A stretch of DNA of 49,090 nt. Origin: Octopus bimaculoides. Its lineage: Eukaryota. Below the pieces are notes generated by a model. That model saw only the letters and a list, made by a program, of their open reading frames with translations, was not told where the DNA came from and did no database searches. The position numbers were made by a program, and so were the translations under genes. Shown here piece after piece: positions 1-11,689 of this stretch (position 1 is the stretch's first letter; each line of letters starts with the position of its first letter). The stretch lies in contig NC_069006.1 of assembly GCF_001194135.2 (NCBI RefSeq), positions 23,251,234 to 23,300,323 on the forward strand, in the 5' to 3' direction.

Positions 1-149
1 ATATATATATATATGTATATATATATACATACACACATATATATACATAGGTATATACACACATGCATACATATATACATACGTGCATATGTGTGTGTGA
101 GGGGGTGTATGTATGTGTGCATGAATATATTTATGTATATGTTTGTATG

Positions 150-182
<33 letters not shown>

Positions 183-918
183 CTGCATATATATATATAT
201 ATATATCATTATAAATATACAGGGATTAGCAATTGAGTTGCTTCTCCAACATACTGAAAATTTAGAAATAGCAGTCAAAGAACTACTGATTCCAAACTAC
301 AAATTTTCTCTAAAGTGGATGGCGATATTTATGATGCATACATGTGCCTGAGAGTGTATAATAGTACATGTATGTGTGAGCGTGTGCGCGTATCTCTCAC
401 CGTGTGTGTGTGTGTGTGTGTATCTGTCTGTAAACGTGTGTATGTGATTGTGTGTTTATGTGCATATGAAAATCTGTGACTGTGTGTTTGTCTGCTTATG
501 TTATACACCAACTAACGATCACAGTGACACACACACTCGCGCAGGCGCATGCGTAAGATTAAGCCATTTCACACATGCTTACATACTGTGACATATATAT
601 ACATGGTCTGGCCTACATATATGTACACACAATCATGCGTTCACACATACATTACAAATACAGTCATACATACATGCACATATATACATGCATACACCTA
701 TACGCACGTACGTAGAATTCTTTTATGGTTCAAGTCAGAAGAGCGAGGGCGGCCTTCGTCCCCTTCTTCTTGAACTCCGACAATGGTGAGGTGGGAAGGA
801 GAGGCAGAGGTTTTCCTGAAGTTATGGGGGCGTGGACATATGTGTACCTTTAATATACATATGACCACACACACACGTGTGCTTATAGCTGGCTAACCAG
901 ATAGACAGACAGACTGAC

Positions 919-919
<1 letters not shown>

Positions 920-986
<67 letters not shown>
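920..986 (+). repeat. (GATA)n tetranucleotide microsatellite
   Basis: Direct reading: uninterrupted GATA units following a few GACA units. Confidence 0.97.
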
Positions 987-987
<1 letters not shown>

Positions 988-1121
988 TTGTAGCGAGATT
1001 ATGGCCAGAATCGAACCGTCTCTCTTGGATTTTCAGCTATGAGCCATAGCCTATTCGTATGTCCATAAAAGGCATGATCATTCTTTTGACAGAATAGAAC
1101 ATTCACGTAAATATTTAGCAG

Positions 1122-1278
1122 CCAATCAGCATTGGTTGACGTGTATCGCTTAAGGGCCACAGCTATCGAAGGAGAGTCGTGCAAGACTCCCGCTAATTTG
1201 CAACTCGAAGGCTGAGGAGTTTCTGGAAGCTTCTTTCCAGAGTTATATAAACTGTCGATTTGGACCCAGCGCTCATTA
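1122..1278 (+). promoter_or_regulatory. Candidate heat-shock-type Pol II promoter (CCAAT x2, HSE, TATA, Inr)
   Basis: CCAAT 1122-1126, ATTGG 1131-1135, TGACGTG 1137-1143; perfect 3-unit HSE tTTCtgGAAgcTTCt 1220-1234; TATATAAA 1244-1251; TCATTA Inr-like with A at 1275, 31 nt after the first T of TATA. Confidence 0.45.
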
Positions 1279-1309
1279 TTTAGTAACACTTTGATTCAGC
1301 CTCATGCAG

Positions 1310-1379
1310 CTCATCAAACTAACCTTTCTCGTCAAGCACATAGACTCATCAAGCGATCCTATCTCGTCAGGCACGTAGA
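1310..1379 (+). repeat. Imperfect 35-bp tandem duplication
   Basis: ctcatcaaactaacctttctcgtcaagcacataga (1310-1344) followed by ctcatcaagcgatcctatctcgtcaggcacgtaga (1345-1379). Confidence 0.85.
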
Positions 1380-1508
1380 AACCGAATGAAACGAGTCCGA
1401 AATGGCATCTGGATATTGGGCTGTTGTTTGTTCAATGCAGGTCACATGGTATTATCAGTACGGTGGTGCAATCAATACCATTTCTGTTCTAATCTGAGTT
1501 CCTGGGAA

Positions 1509-1718
1509 AAGGAACTTCCATCCAGAGGAGTTGCAGGAGATTCCGAAGTCGTCTGGATGCCGTGGTTGAAGCCAATGGCGATTTTACTGAATAAATTTAC
1601 TCTTTAGTATTTCAAGATATTTTTATGTGATTTTGGTAAATATATCTGTTACAATGAGATGTCAGTGTTATTTTCATTTTTTGCGTAATTTAGACGACAA
1701 TTTATTTACCGCACCCTG
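1509..1718 (+). mobile_element. Tc1/mariner (maT/DD37D-type) transposon 3' end: transposase C-terminus plus terminal repeat
   Basis: Translation RSCRRFRSRLDAVVEANGDFTE* matches the maT/Tc1 transposase C-terminal pattern. Element ends ...tttaccgcaccctg followed by TA (1719-1720). Confidence 0.75.
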
Positions 1719-1734
1719 TATGTATGTATGTATG

Positions 1735-1766
<32 letters not shown>

Positions 1767-1822
1767 CATGCATGTATGTATACATGCATGTATGTATGCA
1801 TGTATGTATGCATGTATGTATG
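1719..1822 (+). repeat. (TATG)n microsatellite with CATG variants
   Basis: Direct reading. Confidence 0.95.
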
Positions 1823-2697
1823 TGTCATATGTGTGCGCACATTATGTATATATTTCTGTATCGCTTAACTTGGAGGGAGATAATTAGTTTTCCGATAAAC
1901 ACACGCACAGACTGTAGTTCACTTCACTCATATTGTTTGTAATCAATAAGCTATTAATTAATTATTGATTGGTCTATCATAACATAAATTTTTAATTGAC
2001 CTCCAGCTATTGTGTATTTATTGGCAGTCTGACCTTTCAGAGAATGGAAACATTGGTGTCAGAACACGGTTTCACATCAAAAAGGAATTGCAAAACGAAG
2101 GACATATATAAATATATACATAAACACATACATATACACAAGCAAGTACACACATACATACACACATACATACATGCATACACACATACACACAAGTACA
2201 TACATAAATATATACACACACACACATGCATACATACATATATACATACGTGCAAACATACATACACACATACACACTTAAACACACACGCTTACAGACA
2301 GACAGACAGACAGACAGACAAACGTACATACATGCATACATACATACATACATACATACATACATACATACATACATACATACACACAGGAAGATAAATA
2401 GATAGACAGACAAACATACACAGACACACAGACAAGCAGACTGACAGACACAAATACATCCATATTGTGACTGAGTGATGTATATGTCATTATACGCACA
2501 CATGCATAGACATATAACGGCTGTTGCATATATACGTGCAGTGTATAACTGAAAATGCTCAGAATGCATCCATACGACTTCAAATGCACATACATGCAAC
2601 GACTTATCCAATTTTATACACATTTGCATGTATACACACACACTCATACATACGGATACGCACATATGGGTTTTTGCATATACATACACACACACCC

Positions 2698-2741
<44 letters not shown>

Positions 2742-3174
2742 TATATGTGTGTGTGTGTATGTATGCATATATAAACATGCGCACATACACATGCGCGCAT
2801 TTATACATATGTATATACACGTGCATACAGACACGCACACAAACGCACACTTATATATGTATAGATAGATATATATATACACACACACACGGGCAGGGAT
2901 GCCTATGTATTGTATGATAATGTAATGTGACATATTATATGACATACATGCATACATACATGCATACATGCATACTAATGTGCATTTGTGCAATGATGAT
3001 TCTGGGACAAAACTTCACACAATTATATAAGTAGGGGTGCATGCGTACATGCACACACACGTAGATACATCTACATCTATGCAAATATACCCTGTAAGCT
3101 AGGTATATAAATTTTTGTATGCGTCAATATATTTACAATTATGTGTGAGTTGATGTTTGCATGCATATATATCT

Positions 3175-3205
<31 letters not shown>

Positions 3206-3276
3206 TATATATAGGTATGGGTATATATATGTGTGTGGTCATATGTGTGTGTATATGTGTATATATATCCATATAG

Positions 3277-3343
<67 letters not shown>

Positions 3344-4139
3344 TNNNNNNNNNNNNNNNNNNNNNNNNNNNNNNNNNNNNNNNNNNNNNNNNNNNNNNNN
3401 NNNNNNNNNNNNNNNNNNNNNNNNNNNNNNNNNNNNNNNNNNNNNNNNNNNNNNNNNNNNNNNNNNNNNNNNNNNNNNNNNNNNNNNNNNNNNNNNNNNN
3501 NNNNNNNNNNNNNNNNNNNNNNNNNNNNNNNNNNNNNNNNNNNNNNNNNNNNNNNNNNNNNNNNNNNNNNNNNNNNNNNNNNNNNNNNNNNNNNNNNNNN
3601 NNNNNNNNNNNNNNNNNNNNNNNNNNNNNNNNNNNNNNNNNNNNNNNNNNNNNNNNNNNNNNNNNNNNNNNNNNNNNNNNNNNNNNNNNNNNNNNNNNNN
3701 NNNNNNNNNNNNNNNNNNNNNNNNNNNNNNNNNNNNNNNNNNNNNNNNNNNNNNNNNNNNNNNNNNNNNNNNNNNNNNNNNNNNNNNNNNNNNNNNNNNN
3801 NNNNNNNNNNNNNNNNNNNNNNNNNNNNNNNNNNNNNNNNNNNNNNNNNNNNNNNNNNNNNNNNNNNNNNNNNNNNNNNNNNNNNNNNNNNNNNNNNNNN
3901 NNNNNNNNNNNNNNNNNNNNNNNNNNNNNNNNNNNNNNNNNNNNNNNNNNNNNNNNNNNNNNNNNNNNNNNNNNNNNNNNNNNNNNNNNNNNNNNNNNNN
4001 NNNNNNNNNNNNNNNNNNNNNNNNNNNNNNNNNNNNNNNNNNNNNNNNNNNNNNNNNNNNNNNNNNNNNNNNNNNNNNNNNNNNNNNNNNNNNNNNNNNN
4101 NNNNNNNNNNNNNNNNNNNNNNNNNNNNNNNNNNNNNNN

Positions 4140-4171
<32 letters not shown>

Positions 4172-4323
4172 TATATATATATGTATGTTTATATATGTAT
4201 ATAACATATACATACACACATACATGCATACAGATTCATATACACAGATATATGCATAAATAGAAATACGGACGCATGCGCACGCACACACGTAACTGCA
4301 TTTATGTGTATTTCTGTATGTAC

Positions 4324-4362
<39 letters not shown>

Positions 4363-4373
4363 TAAACTGTTCT

Positions 4374-4490
4374 ATATGGCCTAGTGGTTTGGGTACTGTA
4401 CTCACGATCGCGAAAACATCGTTCAAATTCCTGAAACGGACGGTGTGTTGTGTTCTTGAACTAAACACGCCGTCTCTCACGCAGCTCTGC
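4374..4490 (+). mobile_element. tRNA-derived CORE-type SINE, 5' portion
   Basis: A box TGGCCTAGTGG, B-box-like GTTCAAATTCC, followed by CORE-like gtgttgtgttcttgaactaaacac. Resembles the head of the minus-strand SINE at 44176-44498. Confidence 0.65.
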
Positions 4491-4696
4491 AATAACTTTA
4501 ATACATGACGTGTGGCACACCGTGCACCTGTTCAAGCAATGTTGAGTTGCATAATATTTTGATCACTATAAACGGATATCTGTGCAGGCTGTTCAGAGAG
4601 AAATTGCAAAACTGTCTTTCTCGAACTACGAGAGGCTACCATCATGTGTGTGTGTGCATATATGTAGATATCTACATATATATCCATATATACATG

Positions 4697-4965
4697 CATA
4701 TATGGCTACAGGACGTCAAAAGAAACGTGAACAAAATGAAAAACCAGAACATAAGAAAACAAAAACATGGAAAACGAACTTTTTTTCGAACAACGAAAGA
4801 AACAAATAGACAGGCAACATAAAGAACAATCCCTTCATCAGTTGTTCCCTATTTAATCTACTCTGCGTTCCGAACGTAGGGACAAGACGCGACTTCGTTA
4901 AAACAGTCGTTCCCGCAAAGCAAATTAAATAAAATTTGGGATTTGCGGAGGGTTAAAGTGGTAAT
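4697..4965 (-). mobile_element. Probable Penelope-like element terminal remnant
   Basis: T-rich on the minus strand, with CTGATGAAG (rc of 4833-4841) like the PLE terminus at 43.2 kb. Abuts a TA/CA microsatellite and lies near a PLE RT fragment. The family call is recalled/inferred. Confidence 0.4.
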
Positions 4966-5139
4966 ATATAATACGTAGTTCATGTTATAAGAATTTACGA
5001 ACGACGGGAAAACTGAAACAATTACTTTAGAGAATAGTGAACCTGGAAGCAGATAAATTTATAAATAAAGTGTGAATATTGGAGTTTGTCGAGAGTTAGC
5101 GCTCATGTCGCAACTGGAGCCTCTAACGATCGCCTAGAG

Positions 5140-5438
5140 TACATAGTGTTGCTGACAAAACAAAAATTGAAACAATTAACAATTGCTACTATAATACAAT
5201 GATTCTTATCCAGCAGCATCAATGATAAAAGCAAGAAAAATCGCGATATACATTGAAATATATAAAAGCAGGAGGAAATAATCACTTTGTTATAGAGAGA
5301 ATACCTCGTGAACCGTCTCACAATATATCTCCTCACATTACCCTCAAGGACCATAAATTTAATTTCCTTTCCAACGCTAAATTTAAACTGATTAACCCTT
5401 CCAAAAGTGATATAATTAAGCACCTCCTCGATTTTATT
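5140..5438 (+). pseudogene. Penelope-like element reverse transcriptase fragment (decayed)
   Basis: [35 protein letters not shown] (5334-5438) matches the PLE RT motif ITLKDHKxNFxNNPxCRLINPxKS. Upstream frameshifted VADKT and KIAIYIEI pieces fit the same region. Confidence 0.7.
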
Positions 5439-5554
5439 ATATATATATATTGTTGTGTGTGCGTGCGTGTGTATACACATACATACATGCATATTTATAC
5501 ATATATATATACACTTACATGTATATATATGTATATATACATATATATTTATAC

Positions 5555-5617
<63 letters not shown>

Positions 5618-5687
5618 TATATACGTGCACAAAGACGCACACATAGGTATGGATGCTACTGAAAATGCTCAAGAGGTTTTCTTCTTT

Positions 5688-5721
5688 GGTACGCATTTCC
5701 GTTTACGTGGAAATGCGTACC
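5688..5721. other. Perfect 13-bp stem hairpin
   Basis: GGTACGCATTTCC (5688-5700) / GGAAATGCGTACC (5709-5721), 8-nt loop; extends by one T-A pair. Confidence 0.95.
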
Positions 5722-6413
5722 AGCTGAGTACTGGTTTAGCGGCCCGAAACACTGTCTGCTCGCGACTACCGAGGCACCTAAAGCAATGAGCGAAGGCATT
5801 GTACATGTTACCGAGCCATAGCCGCTCGCGAGTGACGGCCGACTCTACATGTGACCACCTATGTTAGCAATCGTTATAATAACTATTATAATCCAAACAT
5901 GTTCTACATTAGATTAAACGAACTCTGTTTAGCTACAACCAATATCAAAACACGCCGTGTAAATATCTATGTGTTTATTGCGCAGGTAGGTTTTCCATAG
6001 TTCTGTTACCATAATAGGCCGTCTGAATATCTCTGCGACTATTCGATCGATCAGGTTTAGAATACAAACAGTATCTTCACATTATACCGTGTGTATATCC
6101 AATAACAGGCTATTTATCAAAGCACGTTTCGTATGGATGCGAAGCATAAGATGGCAATATGCTGTGGACTTATCAATATTCTTTCTCAGCCGAGTATACG
6201 ATACGTTCAAGTGTAGCCCTTATCACATCCATCATATACCGTGTGGATATCTATGTAGTTATTTAACTGGCTTATTTTGGAAACAAACACATCGTGGTTA
6301 ATGGGAATGAATATTTAATTGACTCGGGAACACGTGACACAGGCCGTTTGTACGTACATACATACACACACACAGAGATACGCAATAGGCAGTCACACAT
6401 ACACACGTATTCG

Positions 6414-6456
<43 letters not shown>

Positions 6457-6541
6457 TTTCGTCCCACTCCCTCTCTCNNNNNNNNNNNNNNNNNNNNNNN
6501 NNNNNNNNNNNNNNNNNNNNNNNNNNNNNNNNNNNNNNNNN

Positions 6542-6608
<67 letters not shown>

Positions 6609-6799
6609 CTTTCTGTCTTTCTCTCTCTTTCTCATGCGCACACTCGTACACACATATACGCACAGATATAATTGCACACATGCAAATACATTCGGTTTAA
6701 TTGTACTCGAATATCTACTGAAATATTTTTTATTTGAGTAAGGCAGGCAGACAGACAGACAGACAGACACACAGAACGATAGTGGGTGCATTCACACTC

Positions 6800-7125
6800 A
6801 TACATACATACACACATACATACATACACACACACATACATACATACATACATACATACATACATAAATTCATACACACATACATACATACATACATACA
6901 TACATAAATTCATACATACATACATACATACATACATAAATTCATACATACACACATACATACATACATACATACATACATAAATTCATACATACATACA
7001 CACATACATACATACACACACACATACATACATACATACATTCATACATACATACATACATACATACAAACATACATAAATTCATACACACATACATACA
7101 CACACACATACATACATACATACAT

Positions 7126-7163
<38 letters not shown>

Positions 7164-7175
7164 GCATACGTACAT
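6800..7175 (+). repeat. (CATA)n compound microsatellite with recurring TAAATT interruptions
   Basis: Direct reading. Confidence 0.95.
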
Positions 7176-7316
7176 ACAAAATATCGTTTTTCTCTCTCTA
7201 CTTGTGTGCGTTTTTATATGTAAGTAGGTCTGTATGCATGAATGAATGTATGTATGTGAATGTGTATGTATACATACATGGTGAAGGCACAAACACATCA
7301 TAAAAAGCTAACGCAG

Positions 7317-7760
7317 AAGGCCTGAAATTTTGGGGGGAAATGCTAGTGGGTAATATAAACCCCAGTGTTTGAGTGGTATTTTTTCGATCTCAAAAGGATG
7401 AAAGGCAAAGTCGACCTAGGTGAAATTTGAAGCCAGAGCGTAAAGACGGACGAAATGCGGTTAAGCATTTTGACCGGTGGGTTAACGATTCTACCGGTTC
7501 GCCGTCTTAACACACATCATAAAAATGGTTTCAAATTTTGGCACAAGGCCAGCAACTTCGGGGCTGGATGTAAGTCGATTACATCGACCTCAGAGTTCGG
7601 CTGGTACTTATTTCATCGACTCCAAAATCGACCAGGGTGCAATTTAAACTCAGAATGTAAATACGGACGAAATATCGCTAAGCATTTTATCCGGCATGCT
7701 AACCATTTTGCCAGCATTTTGTCCGATGTACTGACTAACGATTCTGCTAGCTCGCTACCT
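7317..7760 (-). mobile_element. Two head-to-tail copies of tRNA-derived SINE family B (7317-7508, 7527-7760)
   Basis: Both match the family-B pattern GGCGAGCTGGCAGAATCGTTAGC...GAGTTCAAATTCC...GTCGACTTTGCCTTTCATCCTTT...CACTGGGGTCGATGTAATCGACTTAC on the minus strand. Confidence 0.9.
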
Positions 7761-8237
7761 CATTACACATCATAATAATAAAAACAGAACCTTGAAGCGT
7801 TGTTTATTGAAAAGTCATCTAAATATAAATATTGTACAATTTATACACATCCCACATTGCAGTTTGTGAAATAAGATATTTGTAAAATAAACGGTTTTAG
7901 TTAAACAATATTAACTGAGACAACATACGTTTCAATGATGTACTCACTTAAAAACACCTAATGCAACATCTATTTCTCTGGAAATGAGATTAGATGTAAT
8001 GTTAACATCTTCCAATTTTATCAAAGATTTGTTTGCATTTAAATTGAGTATAGTTTATATTATTAAAATTTTTTTAAATTATATTTACAATTTTGCTAAA
8101 TTCCTGCAAAGCGATGCTTCTTTATATATTGGTGTTCGTCTCAAAACCAAAATGGAAACGAACATCAATTTTTCTATGTGATTGGTTTGAAGAATTGTTG
8201 AGATATTTCTTAACTTGAAACCAATGGTAGCCTTAAT

Positions 8238-8406
8238 AAACTGAAAGAAGCCCGTCGTATATATGTATATATATATATGTATGTATGTGTGTTTGTGTGT
8301 CCGTATTTGTCCCCCCACCATCGCTTGACAACCGATGCTGGTGTGTTTACGTCCCCGTAACTTAGCGGTTCGGCAAAAAGAGACCGATAGAATAAGCACT
8401 AGGCTC
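8238..8406 (+). mobile_element. SINE family A (CORE-type), 3' half
   Basis: aactgaaagaagcccgtcgtatat...cgcttgacaaccgatgctggtgtgtttacgtccccgtaacttagcggttcggcaaaagagaccgatagaataag, shared with 17745-17866 (rc) and 19187-19478. Confidence 0.9.
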
Positions 8407-8492
8407 ATGTTGGAACCAAGTACCCGTAACCTCACATCCATACTTACGGCATAGTAGCCAGTGGAGGTTTGGGGCTACTTTGTCGTATTATT

Positions 8493-8675
8493 GGCGAGCT
8501 GGCAGAATCGTTAGCACGCCGGGCAAAATGCTTGGCGGTATTTCGCCCGTCGCTACGTTCTGAGTTCAATTTCCGTCAAGGTTGACTTTGCCTTTCATCC
8601 TTTCGGGGTCGATAAATTAAGTACCAACCAAGAACTGAGGTCGATCTAATCGACTGGTCCCCTCTCCCAAAATTC
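8493..8675 (+). mobile_element. SINE family B copy
   Basis: Head GGCGAGCTGGCAGAATCGTTAGC, B-box-like GAGTTCAATTTCC, central GACTTTGCCTTTCATCCTTTCGGGGTCGATAAATTAAGTACC. Confidence 0.92.
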
Positions 8676-8679
8676 AGCT

Positions 8680-9195
8680 GAATCCATTGTAAGGATTGCC
8701 CCGCCACCCTCTTTTGGCTGGGAGGGGAAGGCAATTTTTATTTGTCTAGTGGCTGTAGCGAAAGAGGTATTATGGTGGACCCGTTTGAAAGGACTAAAGA
8801 CTGACACTTTCTTCTTTGGCCAAGCCCTCATCAGCTTTTTCGAGTTTCACTTGAAAAGGAAGTGGAGGGTGGAGAGGGAAGTGTTGCCTTGTAGCAAGTT
8901 TGTTGAAAGGTGGGTGAAATGTTGGAAGAATGGCCAGTGTGAAAGGACCAATTCTGAGCGTGCTCCTGTAAACAAAAGAAGGGCTCTTGCCCTGTTGTTC
9001 AGGCACCCGTGGCTTTTGTGGGTTTTTCCACGAGGACCTTAAAGTGCCTCCCCAATTGGGAGTTTGAAATTGTTTAATTTTGCTATTATATTTTTTTACA
9101 CGCGGTAAACGTCCAATATTTGTCGTTTATGTTGTTGTATGTCTTTTAATGTAATTTTATGTGAGCCCTTGTGGCCAATAAAAGAATTAATTATT
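8680..9195 (+). mobile_element. 5'-truncated L1/Tx1-clade LINE: ORF2 C-terminus plus 3' UTR
   Basis: Open frame 8680-9042 ESIVRIAPPPSFGWEGKAIFICLVAVAKEVLWWTRLKG...FFEFHLKRKWRVEREVL...FVERWV resembles the L1/Tx1 ORF2 tail (AKxxxWxxR...FxERW). AATAAA near 9177, then a simple-repeat tail. Confidence 0.6.
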
Positions 9196-9848
9196 ATTAC
9201 TACTACTACTACTATCATTATTATCTCAAACCTTGTGCCTATAGTAGAAAGGATTATTATTATTATTATTATTATCATCATCATCATCACAAGGTGGTGG
9301 CTGGGTGGTATGTATGCATGCATAATTTCTTTTATACACCTAAAACAATAAGAAGACATAAACGCTCAGTGAGTTGAACCTGTAAGCATATAAACATGCA
9401 AACGTAAACATAAACACAATTACAACATCACACACACGCACACACACACACACACACACCTGATATAAATTATAGATTCATTATTCCAATGTTATGCATT
9501 CACATGCAATAATTCGTCTATGAAAATTTGTTGACTGATTAAAAGCAGCGAATTACCTTCCACACTGGACTTGGAACTTAAAGAAGCTGTTCTAATTCCG
9601 CTTCTATTTTTCGCCGTGTTTCATGTATTGGCGCGCGACGCGTGCGTTTAATAGCCTCGCATAAATATGGAACTTGAAAGACGCAACGTGCTACGACTGT
9701 CTAACATCGATGTTAGGAGACGCAGCTCGTTGTATTAAATTAGAATTTTTATAATGAATTGGAAATCGTTTCCTTTGTTTTTATGTAAGACTTAACAATT
9801 AATATTTATAGTTTTACGCGCATACACTCTCTCGGACTCTGTCTCTCC

Positions 9849-9881
<33 letters not shown>

Positions 9882-9922
9882 GCTCTCGCTCTCTCTCTCT
9901 CTCTTTCACACACACACACACG

Positions 9923-9968
<46 letters not shown>

Positions 9969-10378
9969 NNNNNNNNNNNNNNNNNNNNNNNNNNNNNNNN
10001 NNNNNNNNNNNNNNNNNNNNNNNNNNNNNNNNNNNNNNNNNNNNNNNNNNNNNNNNNNNNNNNNNNNNNNNNNNNNNNNNNNNNNNNNNNNNNNNNNNNN
10101 NNNNNNNNNNNNNNNNNNNNNNNNNNNNNNNNNNNNNNNNNNNNNNNNNNNNNNNNNNNNNNNNNNNNNNNNNNNNNNNNNNNNNNNNNNNNNNNNNNNN
10201 NNNNNNNNNNNNNNNNNNNNNNNNNNNNNNNNNNNNNNNNNNNNNNNNNNNNNNNNNNNNNNNNNNNNNNNNNNNNNNNNNNNNNNNNNNNNNNNNNNNN
10301 NNNNNNNNNNNNNNNNNNNNNNNNNNNNNNNNNNNNNNNNNNNNNNNNNNNNNNNNNNNNNNNNNNNNNNNNNNNNNN

Positions 10379-10419
<41 letters not shown>

Positions 10420-10522
10420 AGAAAGATAGTAAGAGAGAAATATACAAGGCGGACAGATGGATAGATAGGGAGAGAGAGAGAGAAAGAGAGTGAGAGAGAC
10501 AAATAGATAGGTAGATAGACAA

Positions 10523-10554
<32 letters not shown>

Positions 10555-10799
10555 ATAGATAGATCGATTCAAACGGAATCCGTTTAATAGCCACATCGTA
10601 TGTATACGGCACGTGGTGATACTGGGTTGTATTGCAATCCCAGGCTGCTTGGTAGCTAATTAGCTATTCACACGGCATATGATAATGATTTTTCTTTCGT
10701 CAAACATAAGGCAGATTTTTGTGACAAGGAGAGAGAGAGAAAGTGAGTGTGTGTGTATTAGGTATTACTGGTACTGATATGGAAGAAAACTACGCAAAC

Positions 10800-11034
10800 T
10801 GCTAAAAGCTAACCAGGGTGTCCCTGTGTAGTCACTCGGCTTGTTAGAAATAGCAACGAAATCTCCCTCAAAATCTATCCAACGGTCTTGTAAAAGGAGA
10901 TTGTACGCATTGAATGATGGGGGTGTTATTTGGAGCTGTGTCGGAAAAAAAATATGACTAGATGCTCATGGTTGAAATGTCTTTGATCGTGGACCTGTCT
11001 GCTTGATTAAGAATGACCATGGGTTAAACAACAG

Positions 11035-11035
<1 letters not shown>
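10800..11035 (+). mobile_element. SINE-like family C copy with (CAA/CTA)n tail
   Basis: cttgttagaaatagcaacgaaatctccctcaaa...ttgaaatgtctttgatc...gggttaaacaacagctactact. Homologous pieces at 41160-41265 (rc), 43735-43812 and 43985-44135. Confidence 0.6.
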
Positions 11036-11077
<42 letters not shown>

Positions 11078-11269
11078 AATGAAAAACGAAAAGAAATAAC
11101 AGGAATAAGAAGAATAAACGAGAAACAGAACGAAAGAGAGGAGGAAGACAGACTGGAAGGAAAAGGAGAGAAAGAATGGAAGAAGAAAATGGAGAGAGAA
11201 AAGGAGAAAATAGAGAAATATAAGAAGCAATGAAAGACGAAGGAAGGAAGGAAGGAAGGAAGAAATAAG

Positions 11270-11335
<66 letters not shown>

Positions 11336-11649
11336 TAGATAGAGAAAAAGGGTGAAAAGCTAGAATTGTAAACGGAGTTGTAAAGCGAAAGAATTAGAGA
11401 GAGAAATATTGGAAAGGTAGAATGGAATAGTGAGAGAGTGGGAGGGAGAGGAGAAAGACAAGAAGGCGAGGAAGAGAGAAAAAATGGGAAAGTGTAAGCA
11501 AGTCAGAGAGAGATAGAGATTGACTGAGAGGGGGGAAAAGAGAGAGAGTGGAATAAAAGATAGACACAGAGAGAGAGTAAGGAAAGCAGACGACAGAAAC
11601 AGAGAGACACAATGCGAGAGATGAAGAAAAAGAGAGAGAGGGAGGAAGA

Positions 11650-11689
<40 letters not shown>

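Noticed and set aside
728-775. Imperfect hairpin GTTCAAG...CTTGAAC as a pre-miRNA
   Set aside because: Too short and bulged for a canonical precursor.
2030-2100. Possible exon after the acceptor-like ctgacctttcag at about 2040
   Set aside because: No convincing downstream donor and no recognisable peptide.
4374-4430. tRNA gene candidates here and at other A/B-box sites (e.g. 44430-44498, 8493-8575)
   Set aside because: No complete cloverleaf, and each continues into SINE body sequence. These are SINE heads.
5955-6252. CRISPR-like repeat-spacer array
   Set aside because: Repeats are only about 14 bp and degenerate, there are no cas genes, and the context is eukaryotic. Kept only as a motif-cluster finding.
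9701-9716. Perfect 16-bp palindrome CTAACATCGATGTTAG
   Set aside because: About one such palindrome is expected by chance in a window this size, and there is no supporting context.
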